Positions 1 through 12,510 of a DNA stretch of 64,000 nucleotides are shown here, one piece after another (position 1 is the first letter of the stretch; every line of letters starts with the position of its first letter). The DNA comes from Octopus vulgaris (Eukaryota), in the NCBI GenBank assembly GCA_951406725.2, contig OX597824.1:85436001-85500000 (forward strand). Direction: 5' to 3'. The notes beneath the pieces are model-generated. The model was not told where the DNA came from and made no database searches. It worked only from the letters and a program-made list of their open reading frames with translations. Made by a program: the position numbers and the translations under genes.

Positions 1-27
1 TATTGTTGTTGTTATTAATGAGGGGAG

Positions 28-240
28 AAGGCAGTGAGCTGGTAGAGTCTTTAGCACGCTTGGCAAAAATGCTTAGCAGTATTTTGTCCGTCATAAACGT
101 TTTGAGTTCAAATTCCGGTGAGGCTCACTTTAACTTTCATCCTTTTAGGTTCGATATAAATACCAGTTGTGCATTGGGATCGATGCAAACGACTTAAACC
201 CTCCCGGAAATTGCTGGTCTTGTGCCAAAATTTGAAATCG
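28..240 (+). mobile_element. SINE family A, diverged copy
   Basis: Matches the window consensus GGCGGCGAGCTGGCAGAA..GTTAGCACGCCGGGCGAAATGC..GAGTTCAAATTC (B-box)..GACTTTGCCTTTCATCCTTTCGGGGTCGATAAA..AGTACCAG, seen more than 10 times in the window. Confidence 0.85.
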
Positions 241-288
241 TTATTATTATTAAGGAGGTGGGCTGGCAGAATTGCTAGCACGCCGCCA

Positions 289-690
<402 letters not shown>

Positions 691-1100
691 CACACATGTA
701 TATGATATAGTCCTTTACAGGTGAAACTTCGCAGCTTCAAGTTTCATATTTAGCTCAAAACTAAACATTTGGACTAAAACTAAATAATTCCGAGACGAAA
801 AACAACCATTCCATCGGGGGAGTTTTTATCTGTTTCGTATTATATACATCTCTCTTTCTTTCTCTGTATGCACACATTCACACACACATACATACACACA
901 GACACAAACACACAAACACAGACACACACACATTCCGGAAGGGAACTAGATAGTCACATGCAGAGATAGGCAGACATGCGTACAAAATACTGTTTTTATT
1001 TTTACCTGACACCGAGCAGGTGGCCGGTTTAAAATAAATGCTGAATCTTCAATCAAAACGAGAAAGACATACAAATATATATACATACATACACACACAT

Positions 1101-1164
<64 letters not shown>

Positions 1165-1165
1165 C

Positions 1166-1207
<42 letters not shown>

Positions 1208-1234
1208 CATACATACATACATATATGTCTGTAT

Positions 1235-1311
<77 letters not shown>

Positions 1312-2799
1312 TGTACAGAAGTAGCATCCTATTATGAGCTTATTGTTCAAGGCATCGATAAAATTGTCATTTTAAAGGTATTTTGTAAGGCGAAAGAACC
1401 AATATTGTCACTAAAGACTATGAACACCAAACTTTTACACTAAAACTATTCAAAGTGTTGGATGATGTCGCGATCTACTAACAATGCGTATGTCTGAACT
1501 GTAGCGTCTGCAGCGAGGTAATAAGAAGAATAAAACCCGAGGCGACAACTATCTCAAAAACATTATCGAAAATGAATAAAGAAGTATATAAAAGAAAAAT
1601 GAACTCCAGCAGAGTAAAAGAAACTGGAATCATATAAATGTATATAATAAAATACCATCATTTGAAATAAACTTCTAACGACGAAAGATATTTATTCATG
1701 TTTCGGTCTGCCTCTCTTCTCTACGTTTGTATATGTCTGCATGTACAAAGGAACATTTGAATATTTCTGTATCCGTGTTCGCTTGTAAGTGTGTGTATGT
1801 GTGCTTCTGTGTATATAAATGTATTCATGAATGGGTATGAGTATGCGCGTGAATGAACTAGTGTATCAATTTATGCATCTTTGAAAGCACCCCAGCTACT
1901 TCTGAGTGGTATAAGTATGGCGGAATGTGGTGCATTATCGTAAAACATATACGATTACTAAGCTGTGAACATTTGTTTTAAGCTAAGTTGGGAATAATAA
2001 TATAATGGACTATACTGATAAAGGCTAATCGTCATAAAAACTTTGGGGATAAATTGAAATAAGAAACAAACTAATGTACTGTCGCCATGAAGAAATGAAA
2101 TAAAAGCGCGATAAGAAAATTGAAGAGGCGATTTAGTGAAAATTATATAAAACGAAGAAAATATACCGGAAACATTGAAACGGACAAAATGATAGCAACT
2201 ATATTGCTGTGGTGATGTGGGTGTCGGTGCTTAAAAACTTTGAAGTAAAAGAATGTAAAGCATCGCTCATGTTCAAGCGATTGTTTAGAAACATGGACAG
2301 CGCTTCTCTGTTTCAATTCATATGTAAAAATGGCGGTTGAGTTGCAGATCAGAGGGACAGAATGCCTTGAAGTACTTGGTTACGTCTCATTACGTTTCGA
2401 GTTACAATTTTGCTGAGGTTGATTTTGCCTTTTATGTTGGAAGTTCGATAAAATAAAGTACCAATCGAATACTGATTTAGTTTAAACAATAAATCCATTC
2501 CCCCAAGTTTGGAGTCTTGAGCCCGTACAAGAAATCATTATTCCTATAAGTTTATCTAATATGTACTTCAACTGTTACTTGTATTTTTTAAGATGATAAC
2601 ATGATTTAAGTGATATTGGTGGACTTCGATGTCAACCTGTGACGATCTGCCGCGACTCTCAGCGGAGGACATAAAAGCTGATTTCAGGAACTGAAGTGAC
2701 AGATATGTCAGTCAGTTGTGAGACGTAATTCGCCAACACAGGATGGTGTAGCCAATTTTAGTGGGAAATCGTATAAGGAATCGGTTTATCAATTTTTTC

Positions 2800-4150
2800 A
2801 TCCTGATTGAATGGAAAACCCCAAATGGATGCCTGCCACCGATAGTGTTTGGCCTTGGGATTTGTTGATGGACATGGCGAAGCATGGTCTCACCGGGAAA
2901 TGCGATATACTGAAGTTAAACGGCATGTCTGACCCCAAGGGATAAAGCTGCATCCTTGAAATGAAAACATTTTCACCCCTCCCGCACCCTGTAACAATGG
3001 TGGCCTCAATCAAGTGAGGCGTCAAGGACTTGATTACTAAGCGGGTCCCGTTGCACTGTTTAGGCGGAAGCAAGTTTCTGATTAGCATAATTGGGCATCC
3101 AACCTTAACCTAAGAATGTGAGGTGGAAGCCCTACTGGTTCCAATGAGTTGAGAAACTCGATAGGGTAACTGACAATGTCTTAGGGATCAGAGGTCTGGT
3201 CAATCGATTTGTAGATGCGCTCCTCACCCGGAATTCCGCTTCTGAGCTGGTCGTTGATAGCACTGACAGCTACGTTTTTGTGGGCCAGGATGGTTCTTTC
3301 ACTGAGCCAATTGATGTCTGCATAATTACTTTCCAGATTGGGGAACACTGTTTCCAAAAGATCAGAGATGGATATTTTGCCCCTATCATTCCTAGGGACC
3401 TTGCCTTCCCCAAGGGCTAAAATGTCTTCAGCAAATGCTGCAGAGCGCATGCATGTTTGTGCTTAAGGTTCCCTTTAGGGATGACAGGAAGGGTTTGCCG
3501 GAAATCTCCTGAAAGCAATAGAATTACATCACCCATAGAAGCTGTAGAATCCCTGATACCTTTCAGTGACCGGTCCAGTGCCTCAAGGGCATCCTTATTG
3601 GTCATTGTGCATTCGTCCCATACAATGAGACGGCACTGTCTAAGAACTTCAGCTTCCTCTGAACTTCTGCCAATGTTGCAAGTAAGAACCTCGGCCCTCA
3701 CCAAATGTAACGGCAGCTTGAATGCGCTGTCCTACCTCCCGGCAATAACGTAGCTGCGATTCCCGAGGAAGCAACGGCTAGCGCAATTTGTTTCTAGCGA
3801 CGAATCTTAGCGAGTATTAATTTTGTTACAAAGGATTTGCCGGTACCTCTAGCAGCATCGAGGAAACAAATGCCGCCCACCTGTCTTTCAACGGCACTGA
3901 CGACAGTTTCGTACATCAGCCTCAGATCAGGGAACAACTTCGGTTCATTTACTCTCAGGTACTCCGCAAGGCCAGAAGTAACTTTGGTGGGAGTGTGTTA
4001 ACGTCCTGTCGCAATGATGATGGCAAACCGAATGTGTTCAACGCTGCCCCACTCATTTTGAGCAGGGTATCCTCGATTTCAATCAGCGCATTGTTGTATA
4101 TCAGGTCATTGTATCCAATGTCAGCATTAGGGTACTGTTGCTGTCCCAGT
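2800..4150 (-). pseudogene. Helitron RepHel PIF1-type helicase domain, frameshifted remnant
   Basis: Walker A FLDAARGTGKSF (~3830-3870), Walker B IVWDECTM, LSGDFRQTLPV, ILAHKN, MLIRNL..CNGTRL and FPVRPCFAMSINKSQGQTL, spread over broken ORFs 3417-3704, 3181-3450 and 2798-3088. Confidence 0.92.
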
Positions 4151-4154
4151 CATC

Positions 4155-4745
4155 ATTTGCCTTGACCATTTGTTGATGAAGGTCTGAATCTTTTTGTAGT
4201 TTCTGCAAGTGGCTCTCCATGTTTCAGAGCTACACAAAAGCACAGATTTTACGTTTGAACTAAATAAGCAGAGTTTATTTCGAGTTGAGATGGCAGTGGA
4301 CTTCTATACCGGCTGAAGAATAGCGAAGGCTTGCCAAGCCGTCTTGCTTCTTGCCATGATGTCTTCGTCTGATCCACCTGATTTGCTGATCTTGCTGCCA
4401 AGATAGACAAACTCACTAACATCCTCCACAGGTGCCCCTTCGATTGTGATTGGCTCTTCCAGCTTGTTGTTGATACGCAGCACTTATGTCTTTTCCGGGC
4501 TGATCCTCAAGCCCAGTCGCCATGAAGTTTCTGTCAGGTGGTCTACCTTATCTTGCATGTCTTGCAGGCGATATGACAGTAACGCGAGATCATCTGCGTA
4601 GTCCAAGTCTTCCAGCTTGTTCATATGTGTCCACTGAATACATTTTCCGGAGGTAGCGTAGGCTGTCATGGTGACCCAGTCAAGCACGACGAGAAACAGG
4701 AGCGGTGACAACAAATAGCCCTGTCTAGCTCCCGTGCTGACCCTG
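4155..4745 (-). pseudogene. RTE-clade LINE reverse transcriptase fragment
   Basis: GARQGYLLSPLLFL, LDYADDLALLS and FVYLGS motifs; ORF 4484-4714 with a frameshift; directly abuts the Helitron remnant. Confidence 0.9.
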
Positions 4746-4751
4746 AATTAC

Positions 4752-4913
4752 TCTCGAACAAATCGACCCCAGGACTTATTCTTTGTAAGCCTAGTACTTA
4801 TTCCATCGATCTCTTTTGCCGAACTCTAAGTTACGGGGACGTAAACACACCAGCATCGGTTGTCAAGCGATGTTGGAAGGACAAACACAGACACACAAAC
4901 ATATACAGACACT

Positions 4914-4963
<50 letters not shown>

Positions 4964-5123
4964 TATATACGACGGTCTTCTTTCAGTTTCCGTCTACCAA
5001 ATCCACTCACAAGGTTTTGGTCGGCCCGAGGTTATAGTAGAAGACATTTGCCCAAGGTGTCACGCAGTGGGACTGAACCCGGAGCCATGCGGTTCGTAAG
5101 CAAGCTACATACCACACAGCCAC
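4752..5123 (-). mobile_element. SINE family B (tRNA head, CORE-like TTGGGCAA segment, internal (TA)/(TG) microsatellite)
   Basis: Reverse complement reads GTGGCTGTGTGGTA..GGTTCAGTCCCACTGCGTG..CTTGGGCAA..GTGAGTGGATTTGGTAGACGGAAACTG; many copies in the window. Confidence 0.9.
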
Positions 5124-5643
5124 TTATATTTATACTTACTTTAGAATATATCTATAAACTTTATACAGATGGATATAAACACTTCGTCCCTGTTTACAAT
5201 ATCTCAGCTTGCAAGAAAGAAGGGGTATCAGCAGGATGAATTATGAAATTACGATAGTGTGTTGGGATTTTATTAGTTACCGAATACCGTTGCTAATCAT
5301 CCGTAGCGGCATTGATTAGAAATCTACTCTTGAGTAAACCGGAGAGACCCATTGGCATACATAACACTTTCTTGTTAGCTGGTTCGATTAATAAATTACT
5401 TACTGGTGCATTAAAAGTACCTCGCTGACCATAGTTTAACATGTGCGCGCGATGTGTGTGTATGTGTGTGTGTGTGCGTTCGTGCCTGTCTATGTATATA
5501 CGGATGTATGTATATACAATATAAGTAATATATATATTAGATATATATAATATACATATAAATATGGGCGGTGCCCCAGCATGGCCACAGCTCGTGAGCT
5601 GAAACTAGATAAAATAAAATAAAATAAAAATAAAAATAAAAAC

Positions 5644-5771
<128 letters not shown>

Positions 5772-6386
5772 TGTATGTATGTATGTATGTATGTATGTAT
5801 GTATGAAGTCAGTGTGTAGTATGCTGCTGGCATTCATATAAATGATTGTATTTTCCAATTACTGCCATCAGCACCAAAACACACCCCATAGAAAACAAAA
5901 AAACAAAACAAAAAAAACGAAAGGAAAAAAAAAGAAGAAAAGACAAGAAAAACCGACACACTGGCATTATCACCCCTTTTAGCAATAATTACCTTCCCAG
6001 CACTACAATGACTAACGACCAGGAAAATATCATAACAATGGCAACAGCAACAACAACAAAAACACTGAAAAGGGGGAAATAACAATTTAAATTGCTGTAT
6101 TAAAATAAAACATCAATATAAGCAATAGCAACGTGAATAATAAAAACAAGAGCCTAATCAACAACGATGACAGCGATGTCAATAGATACAACAACAAGAC
6201 AACAATAGATTTACAGTGTACATGCATGTGCATGCACAGACAGATAGAGAGATACATGCATACGTACATGCATACATACATACACACATACATATATACA
6301 TACATATGTATGTATGTATTATGTGTATATCTATGTATGTTTGTGTGATTGTGCCTGTGTGTTTAAAGATATCTTCACACTTTATA

Positions 6387-6417
<31 letters not shown>

Positions 6418-6523
6418 TACATATATAAATATACATACATATATATATATACATACATACATATATATATATATATATGCATATATATATATACATATGT
6501 ATATATATACACACGTATATATG

Positions 6524-6555
<32 letters not shown>

Positions 6556-7459
6556 CACACATATATATGTATTTATATATGTAAACATAACCATCCCTCC
6601 AAGGGAGAGAGAGCGAGAGCGAGATTGAGAGAGTGTGTGTACATAAATATGTGTGCTTGTGTTTATGTTAGAGTGTGTGCGCATTTGTATGTGTATTTGT
6701 GCATGTTTATTATATACAGTGACCTCTATATGCAATAGACAAAAGTCCGTCATTGGTTTTATTATTGCCAATAATTTAATGAGGTTCCAATTATCAAGAG
6801 GAACTTCGCATTTTAATTCACCACTTTCAAATTATCTTCTTAAGCGTTTAGATGATGCGGAGACAATATTAATTGAAGGCAAATAGTTACATCACCATAA
6901 TCGATAATATAGCACTGGAATCAGACGTTTTTCCAATACTGGATTCGATTATTTTTTCTTATCTTCTGGAAGACAATTGGATCAACGTGACTACGTTTCG
7001 ATAGGAATATGAGAAACCAGCTTTGTATACGTTGTTAACTCTTTCAGGAACCAGTGTTATCTATTGAGCCGGAGATTCAAGTCAGTTTCTATAACTATGA
7101 GGTCATCAGATACAAATCTTCCACCTGGATCGAAGGCCAATCCATTGAAAACAACTTACTAATTAACTTATGGCAGTTATGCTTTCAACGTGAAGGTGAG
7201 AAGTGTGGAATAAGGATCTTTCCTCCGAAGACCGAAGTACGAATATTTAGCTATACCGTATCTAGTTCTGAAAAACTCCTTTTGAGAATATATCTAACGA
7301 GTTTGACGACCGGAGGACTGCAAATCACCTCACATTTGGAACTCTGTAATAGCTGAAGTACACTCCGAACACACTAGTTTCGGTGTAGGTAGAACGACGC
7401 TTGCATTCAAGATGTCTTTGGTTAAGTATCGATGTATGAACAATATTTGTTCCGGCTAT

Positions 7460-7890
7460 AGCGGCGAGCTAGCAAAAACGTTAGCATGCCGGGTGAAATG
7501 CTTAGCTGTATTTCGTCTGTCTTTACGTTCAAATTCTGCCGAGGTCGACTTTGCCTTTCATCCTTTTGGGGTCGATAAATTAAGTACCAGTTGATGACTG
7601 GGTTCGATCTGATCAACTGCCCTCCCCCCACCAAATTTCGGGCCTTGTGCCTAGAGGAGAAAAGAATTATTCCGGGTCTTTGTGGTATTTATTCTGGGTC
7701 TTGCGGTACTTATTTCGGTTTTTGCGTTCTGAGTTCAAATCTCTCCAAAGTCAACTTTGCCCTTCCTCCTTTTGGAATCGATAAATAATACTTGTCTAGA
7801 ACTGTTCACTGATGGAATCGTTAAAGGTTCGGATAGAATTGTTTGCGGTATTTTATCCGGCCCTTTGTATTCGGAATTCAAATCCTGCCG
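7460..7890 (+). mobile_element. SINE A full copy followed by two degraded partial copies
   Basis: Head, B-box and core, then tail TTTCGGGCCTTGTGCCTAGAG; repeated core fragments follow. Confidence 0.85.
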
Positions 7891-7992
7891 TGACGTACCA
7901 GTCGCCGCGGAAGTGATTAGAACTCAAACACACTCGTAGTTAACCTTGAATAGCATTAGTAAAAATCTTTATCGCGATCATGATGAATGTTA

Positions 7993-8027
<35 letters not shown>

Positions 8028-8201
8028 ATTTTGAACGTTACATTCCTGCATTAAATCCAACAAATGTAATTTGGTCGGCATAATCTAGAATCCGTGAATT
8101 CTAAGAAATTTTGTACAAGAGTTTATTGAATTGGTTAACCGTGAAGAATGAAAGAATCTAACGTTTCGGACAAAGTCGTTCTTCAGTGCGAGAGAGAAAG
8201 A

Positions 8202-8258
<57 letters not shown>

Positions 8259-9036
8259 GGGAGGGAGAAAGAGAGCTAATATATATATAGATCGTATTGT
8301 CCATGTCGCAAAGTTGCGAATGAGAAAATGGGTGTAGCAAAGGAGTGATGTAGAATAGCTGATGTGATCAAAAACAGAGAGACAGAGACACAGACAGACA
8401 GACAAAAAGATAGATAGATAAATAGATAGATAGAGAGAGAGAGAGAAAAGAGAGAGAAGAGATAGCCAATAAACAGTGGTGCGAGTAGTGTGAAAGCTGC
8501 ATAACGAGTAGGAAGTAAAATGTGAGGAAGAAGCGGTCAGAGTTTACAACAAGAGTACTTTCGTGGCTTGTTTCAATTAAGGGTAGTCAAAAACAGTACA
8601 TGTTAGTGTTCCTAGTATATGATGTGTTTGAGGATGTAGTTAACTTTTATCCTATGCGTACAATATGTGCAAGAAATTTGACTACAGTCACCTATATTCT
8701 GCGATGACAGATTTTCTAGAGTGAAATACGAGCAGTAATGATATATTATCTTCAGTCTGTAGTTGCAAGCCGTAATATAATATAATACAGTTCCGGGAAA
8801 TGTGGGTCACTGTTCAGTGATTTCGAAATGGAAACGCAAAATTAAATGAAATATCAGTTTTGTTAGTGGCTAACTGAATGCCGGAGTAATACAATTTTAA
8901 GTTAAATTGTGGAAATGAGATTATTTCAATTAATTAATTGCGGATTATCAAGAATCACAGCTTGTTGAGTCAAGCTCAGTATTTTTATGTCACGAACATG
9001 GCTGTGTCTTGCAAACAACTTGCACATGCAAGTGCT

Positions 9037-9187
9037 ACCAGTTAAAAGCTCCGTATATCGGAAGCTAGCAAGTGTATGGGGGTCATCAGGAGAGAATGCG
9101 CGCCGTTTCGGGGCCTACCTCTCGACGGCATCAATGCGCACCGGACCCCCTCACTGATATGAGGCCCCGCTTGCTAGATCAGCTGGT
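9037..9187. other. GC-rich, multi-helix (pseudoknotted) structured segment of unknown family
   Basis: Complementary pairs 9065-72/9170-77, 9078-84/9144-50, 9090-94/9119-23, 9097-101/9136-40, 9102-06/9125-29 and 9109-16/9162-69. Confidence 0.55.
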
Positions 9188-9559
9188 TATGAAGAACTCA
9201 ATATACTTCTAGCCATCGCTCATCGTCTCTTTTTAACTAAATCCAGTGGCTAGCCTTCTCCACTGTAGATTGGATATCAGTCATGGTGGTATTGACTTTA
9301 CGATGAGTTAGGCCTAACGATAACAACAGTCGTTTACTATATAACAAACACTTACCTCTCAGCGATTAAGTTTATATGATTCTAAATATGGACATCAAGT
9401 AGTTGTCCATCAGTGACATCCCATTCTGTGTCAAGAAAAAAATTTCTCCGCGATTAAAATCCACAACGAAGGAGCCATTAAGGGAGCTTCTACCACTATC
9501 AGCCACAAATTCCTCAAATTACATCCTATCGTCTCAAAAAAGATACATTAGGTTATATA

Positions 9560-9779
9560 AATTTTTCTTTACTACCCACTAGGGGCTAAACACAGAGGGG
9601 ACAAACAAGGACAGACAAACGGATTAAGTCGATTATATCGACCCCAGTGCGTAACTGGTACTTATTTAACGACCCCGAAAGGATGAAAGGCAAAGTCAAC
9701 CTCGGAACGTAGCGGCAGACGAAATACGGCTAAGCATTTCGCCCGGCGTGCTAACGTTTCTGCCAGCTTGCCGTCTTAA
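9560..9779 (-). mobile_element. SINE A with the B-box deleted, inserted into an older repeat
   Basis: 15-bp TSD ACATTAGGTTATATA at 9545-9559 and 9780-9794. Confidence 0.9.
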
Positions 9780-10688
9780 ACATTAGGTTATATAGTCCTA
9801 GATACATTGTGTCTAAAGAAAAGATGGCGTGATCACAGTTGAAGTGCCTTTGATTGCAAGTTTGTTCAGTCAGGGCTGTTTATTAACTCTAGGGCAGTAG
9901 TTTAATAGCACTAGAGTTGATAATAATAAACTACAACAAACGCTCCCAACAAACTACAGTTTCTACCCAAGGATTGACAATATCCCCTATGAATGTATCA
10001 CTGTGAAAGCAAGGGTAAGGTCTATCATATTTCACCTTTAAAGCAGGATCTCTCTCTGAGACAGACATGGATTAAATTAGGTACAATTTACACTCTCACT
10101 GAATAATGCAGACAGACTTAAACCATTTAATAACACATAGAACACTTTAACATGGTGCGAAATAATGGAAGAGAGTCAGATTCAACATATGCTTAAAACA
10201 TGAAATATAAAGCTCTATCTTATGTTTACTATTTGGTAAGTATCGGAACACAACAAATATTGCTTTATTCATAAGAAATTTTCGTTACCGAAAAGTATAT
10301 CTAAAGCAAACCAATCTGAGGAAGCTCATTCAACTCCTGACTATAACAATGGAAGTGTTTGTAGTCAGTCTTGCGATGTAACGAAACACTCCTAAATTAT
10401 ACTGTGCCTGTGATGTTTGTTATTGATGACCGGCGCTCGACCACTTTATGCACGGCTGAAGTTTGTAAGCAAAAATGGTACTATCCGTAACCACAATTGC
10501 TTATTCGTGGTTCCGCTATTTTACTCACAGCTATGGTTATTCCACTGTTATTAGCTATAATTATCCCACTACGTTATATTAGATCACTGAGAGTGAAATT
10601 CTTAAATCAAGGGTAATATTGTTAACAACCTGCAATACGAACATACAACTGTAATCAGAAGGATACACAACCAAAAATACATTCTTAC

Positions 10689-10758
10689 CCTATTTCGTCG
10701 CTCATGGTTTTCGTCTGTGTATTTCACGAGTCAGCTAGTAATTCCGAGGTGCAAAAAC
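10689..10758 (-). CDS. Candidate spliced exon containing 5'UTR plus start codon (MSDEIG...) of an unidentified host gene
   Basis: Acceptor ttttctctgtttaaAG, donor GG|GTAAGA, and aaaaccATG context at 10705; all three frames are closed upstream of the ATG. Confidence 0.3.
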
Positions 10759-10774
10759 CTTTAAACAGAGAAAA

Positions 10775-10805
<31 letters not shown>

Positions 10806-11394
10806 ATGAATGAATAAATAAAAGAATAGGAATACTATAGGTTACTAAAGTGGGAAGACGAGGTCCATCCACCATTTTCTCTTCAGGGAGGATCTAAAAT
10901 TGTATGTCGCAAATGACACCCGCCAAGTTGGTCAAGCAATTTGGCGAGGGTATTGAGACATGCTTTGCACTGGGTAAATACAAGATGACAGGACAATGAG
11001 ACAGACTGACAAGCCGAGCTGGCTGTTTAGAATTCCAGAGATGGAGATTATAAAGGACCTGGAAAATTTCGCTTTCTTCAAATGCTTTCGACATGAGTAA
11101 AAAAAGTAAATGAGAATGAAAAATGAACATTTTGACTTTCAAAAGCATTTTAAAAATCTCATCTCAGTAACAAGACTATATCTACGTCAACATATTTGCA
11201 GCCTGAGTCTTAGTATATTCTTTGTAGAATAGGACCAGACTATAGCAGACATAGATTCCATAAAGTGTAATACGAGAAATATACAAGAATAACAACACGA
11301 TGAATTTAACGCCCAATAACTGTACATTACTAGAAGAGAAGTGGTACGGGAGTACTTAGCAGATATTATCAAGATAATATCTTTTATAATAAAA

Positions 11395-11740
11395 AGGGCC
11401 CTTCATAATAGGCGACACCAGTGCTAAACTAGCATGCTTGGACTATTTATTTAGATCGCTATTGTACTGGCAACATAATAGCCAATAGTCAACAACTCCT
11501 AGAATTCTGCTTATCACAGTTTATGTGTCACTAACATCTACTTTGGTTTCAAAAGCCATCATAGAGTATCCTGGAGATACAGTCTAAATGTCTGCGCAAC
11601 ATAATCATTGTCACTGTCAAGTGTCCTCATCTCAAAAATTGTTTGCCGACTAAAACATACCACAATGCAGTTAGTTTGTAATGCAGACGATTTGCTTGTT
11701 TGCCTGAAGGTCAGGCTGCAACCAAAGAAGTTTCAGTGAG
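11395..11740 (+). pseudogene. Old RTE-LINE APE endonuclease remnant
   Basis: Broken translation IIGD..AK, QQLLEFC, CVTNIYFGFKSHHRVSWR, TKTYHNA, LLVCLKVRLQPKKF resembles the RTE/BovB endonuclease. Confidence 0.7.
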
Positions 11741-12027
11741 ACTAGCTGAACAGGTTTCTCTCAAGGCAGCAGACTCTGAGAATATTTCTTCTTCGGTACA
11801 AAGAACATCAGATAAAGTTCAGTTTGGAGACAACCTTAAAACAGTCATTCACACTATTACGATAGAAGCTTTTGCATGAAAAAAAAAAAAAGCAAAACCC
11901 TATCGAAAGTTAGAACCTCGACTGAAATTTTGAAATACGGTGAGCCAATCTTCCCTGAATATCTCTACAAACTTCTTCATTTCTATAAAATGAGTGCAGT
12001 TCCACGAGATAGATGGGATACTACATA

Positions 12028-12510
12028 GGGCGGCGAGCTGGCAGACACGTTAGTGCGCCGGGTGAAATGCTTAGCGGTATTTCGTCTGTCGTTACGTTGT
12101 GAGTTCAAATTCCGCCGAGGTCGACTTTGCCTTTCATCCTTTCGGGGTCCATAAATTAAGTACCAGTTACGCACTGGGGTCGATGTAATCGATATAAAGA
12201 AATAGGTATTTCGTCTGTTGTTACGTTCTGAGTTCAAATTCCGCCGAGGTCGACTTTGCCTTTAATCTTTTCAAGGTCGATAAATAAAGTACCAGTTTCA
12301 CACTGGGGTCAATGTAATCGACTTAATCCCTTTGTCTGTCCTTGTTTGTCCCCTCTATGTTTAGCCCCTTGTGGGCAATGAAGAAATAAGAATCATTAGC
12401 ACACCGGGCAAAATACTTCGCGACATTTCCCCCATCTACACGTTCTGTGTTCAAATTCCACTGACTTACCCCTCCTCTGAAACTGTTGGCCTTGAGCCAA
12501 AACTTGAAAG
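12028..12510 (+). mobile_element. SINE A head-to-tail multimer (three units)
   Basis: B-box segment GTTC/GTTGTGAGTTCAAATTCC recurs at about 12100, 12230 and 12450. Confidence 0.88.

Noticed and set aside
7054-7356. 100-aa non-repetitive ORF
   Set aside because: Starts at GTG, has no recognisable domain and no convincing splice signals
8950-9340. Telomerase RNA, RNase P/MRP, group I intron, HDV or twister identity for the structured island
   Set aside because: No CUAACCCU template, no RNase P CR motifs, no P/Q/R/S elements, and the topology does not match HDV or twister
9357-9426. Minus-strand exon candidate as the coding continuation of the 10689 exon
   Set aside because: Good splice-like signals, but stop codons in all three frames
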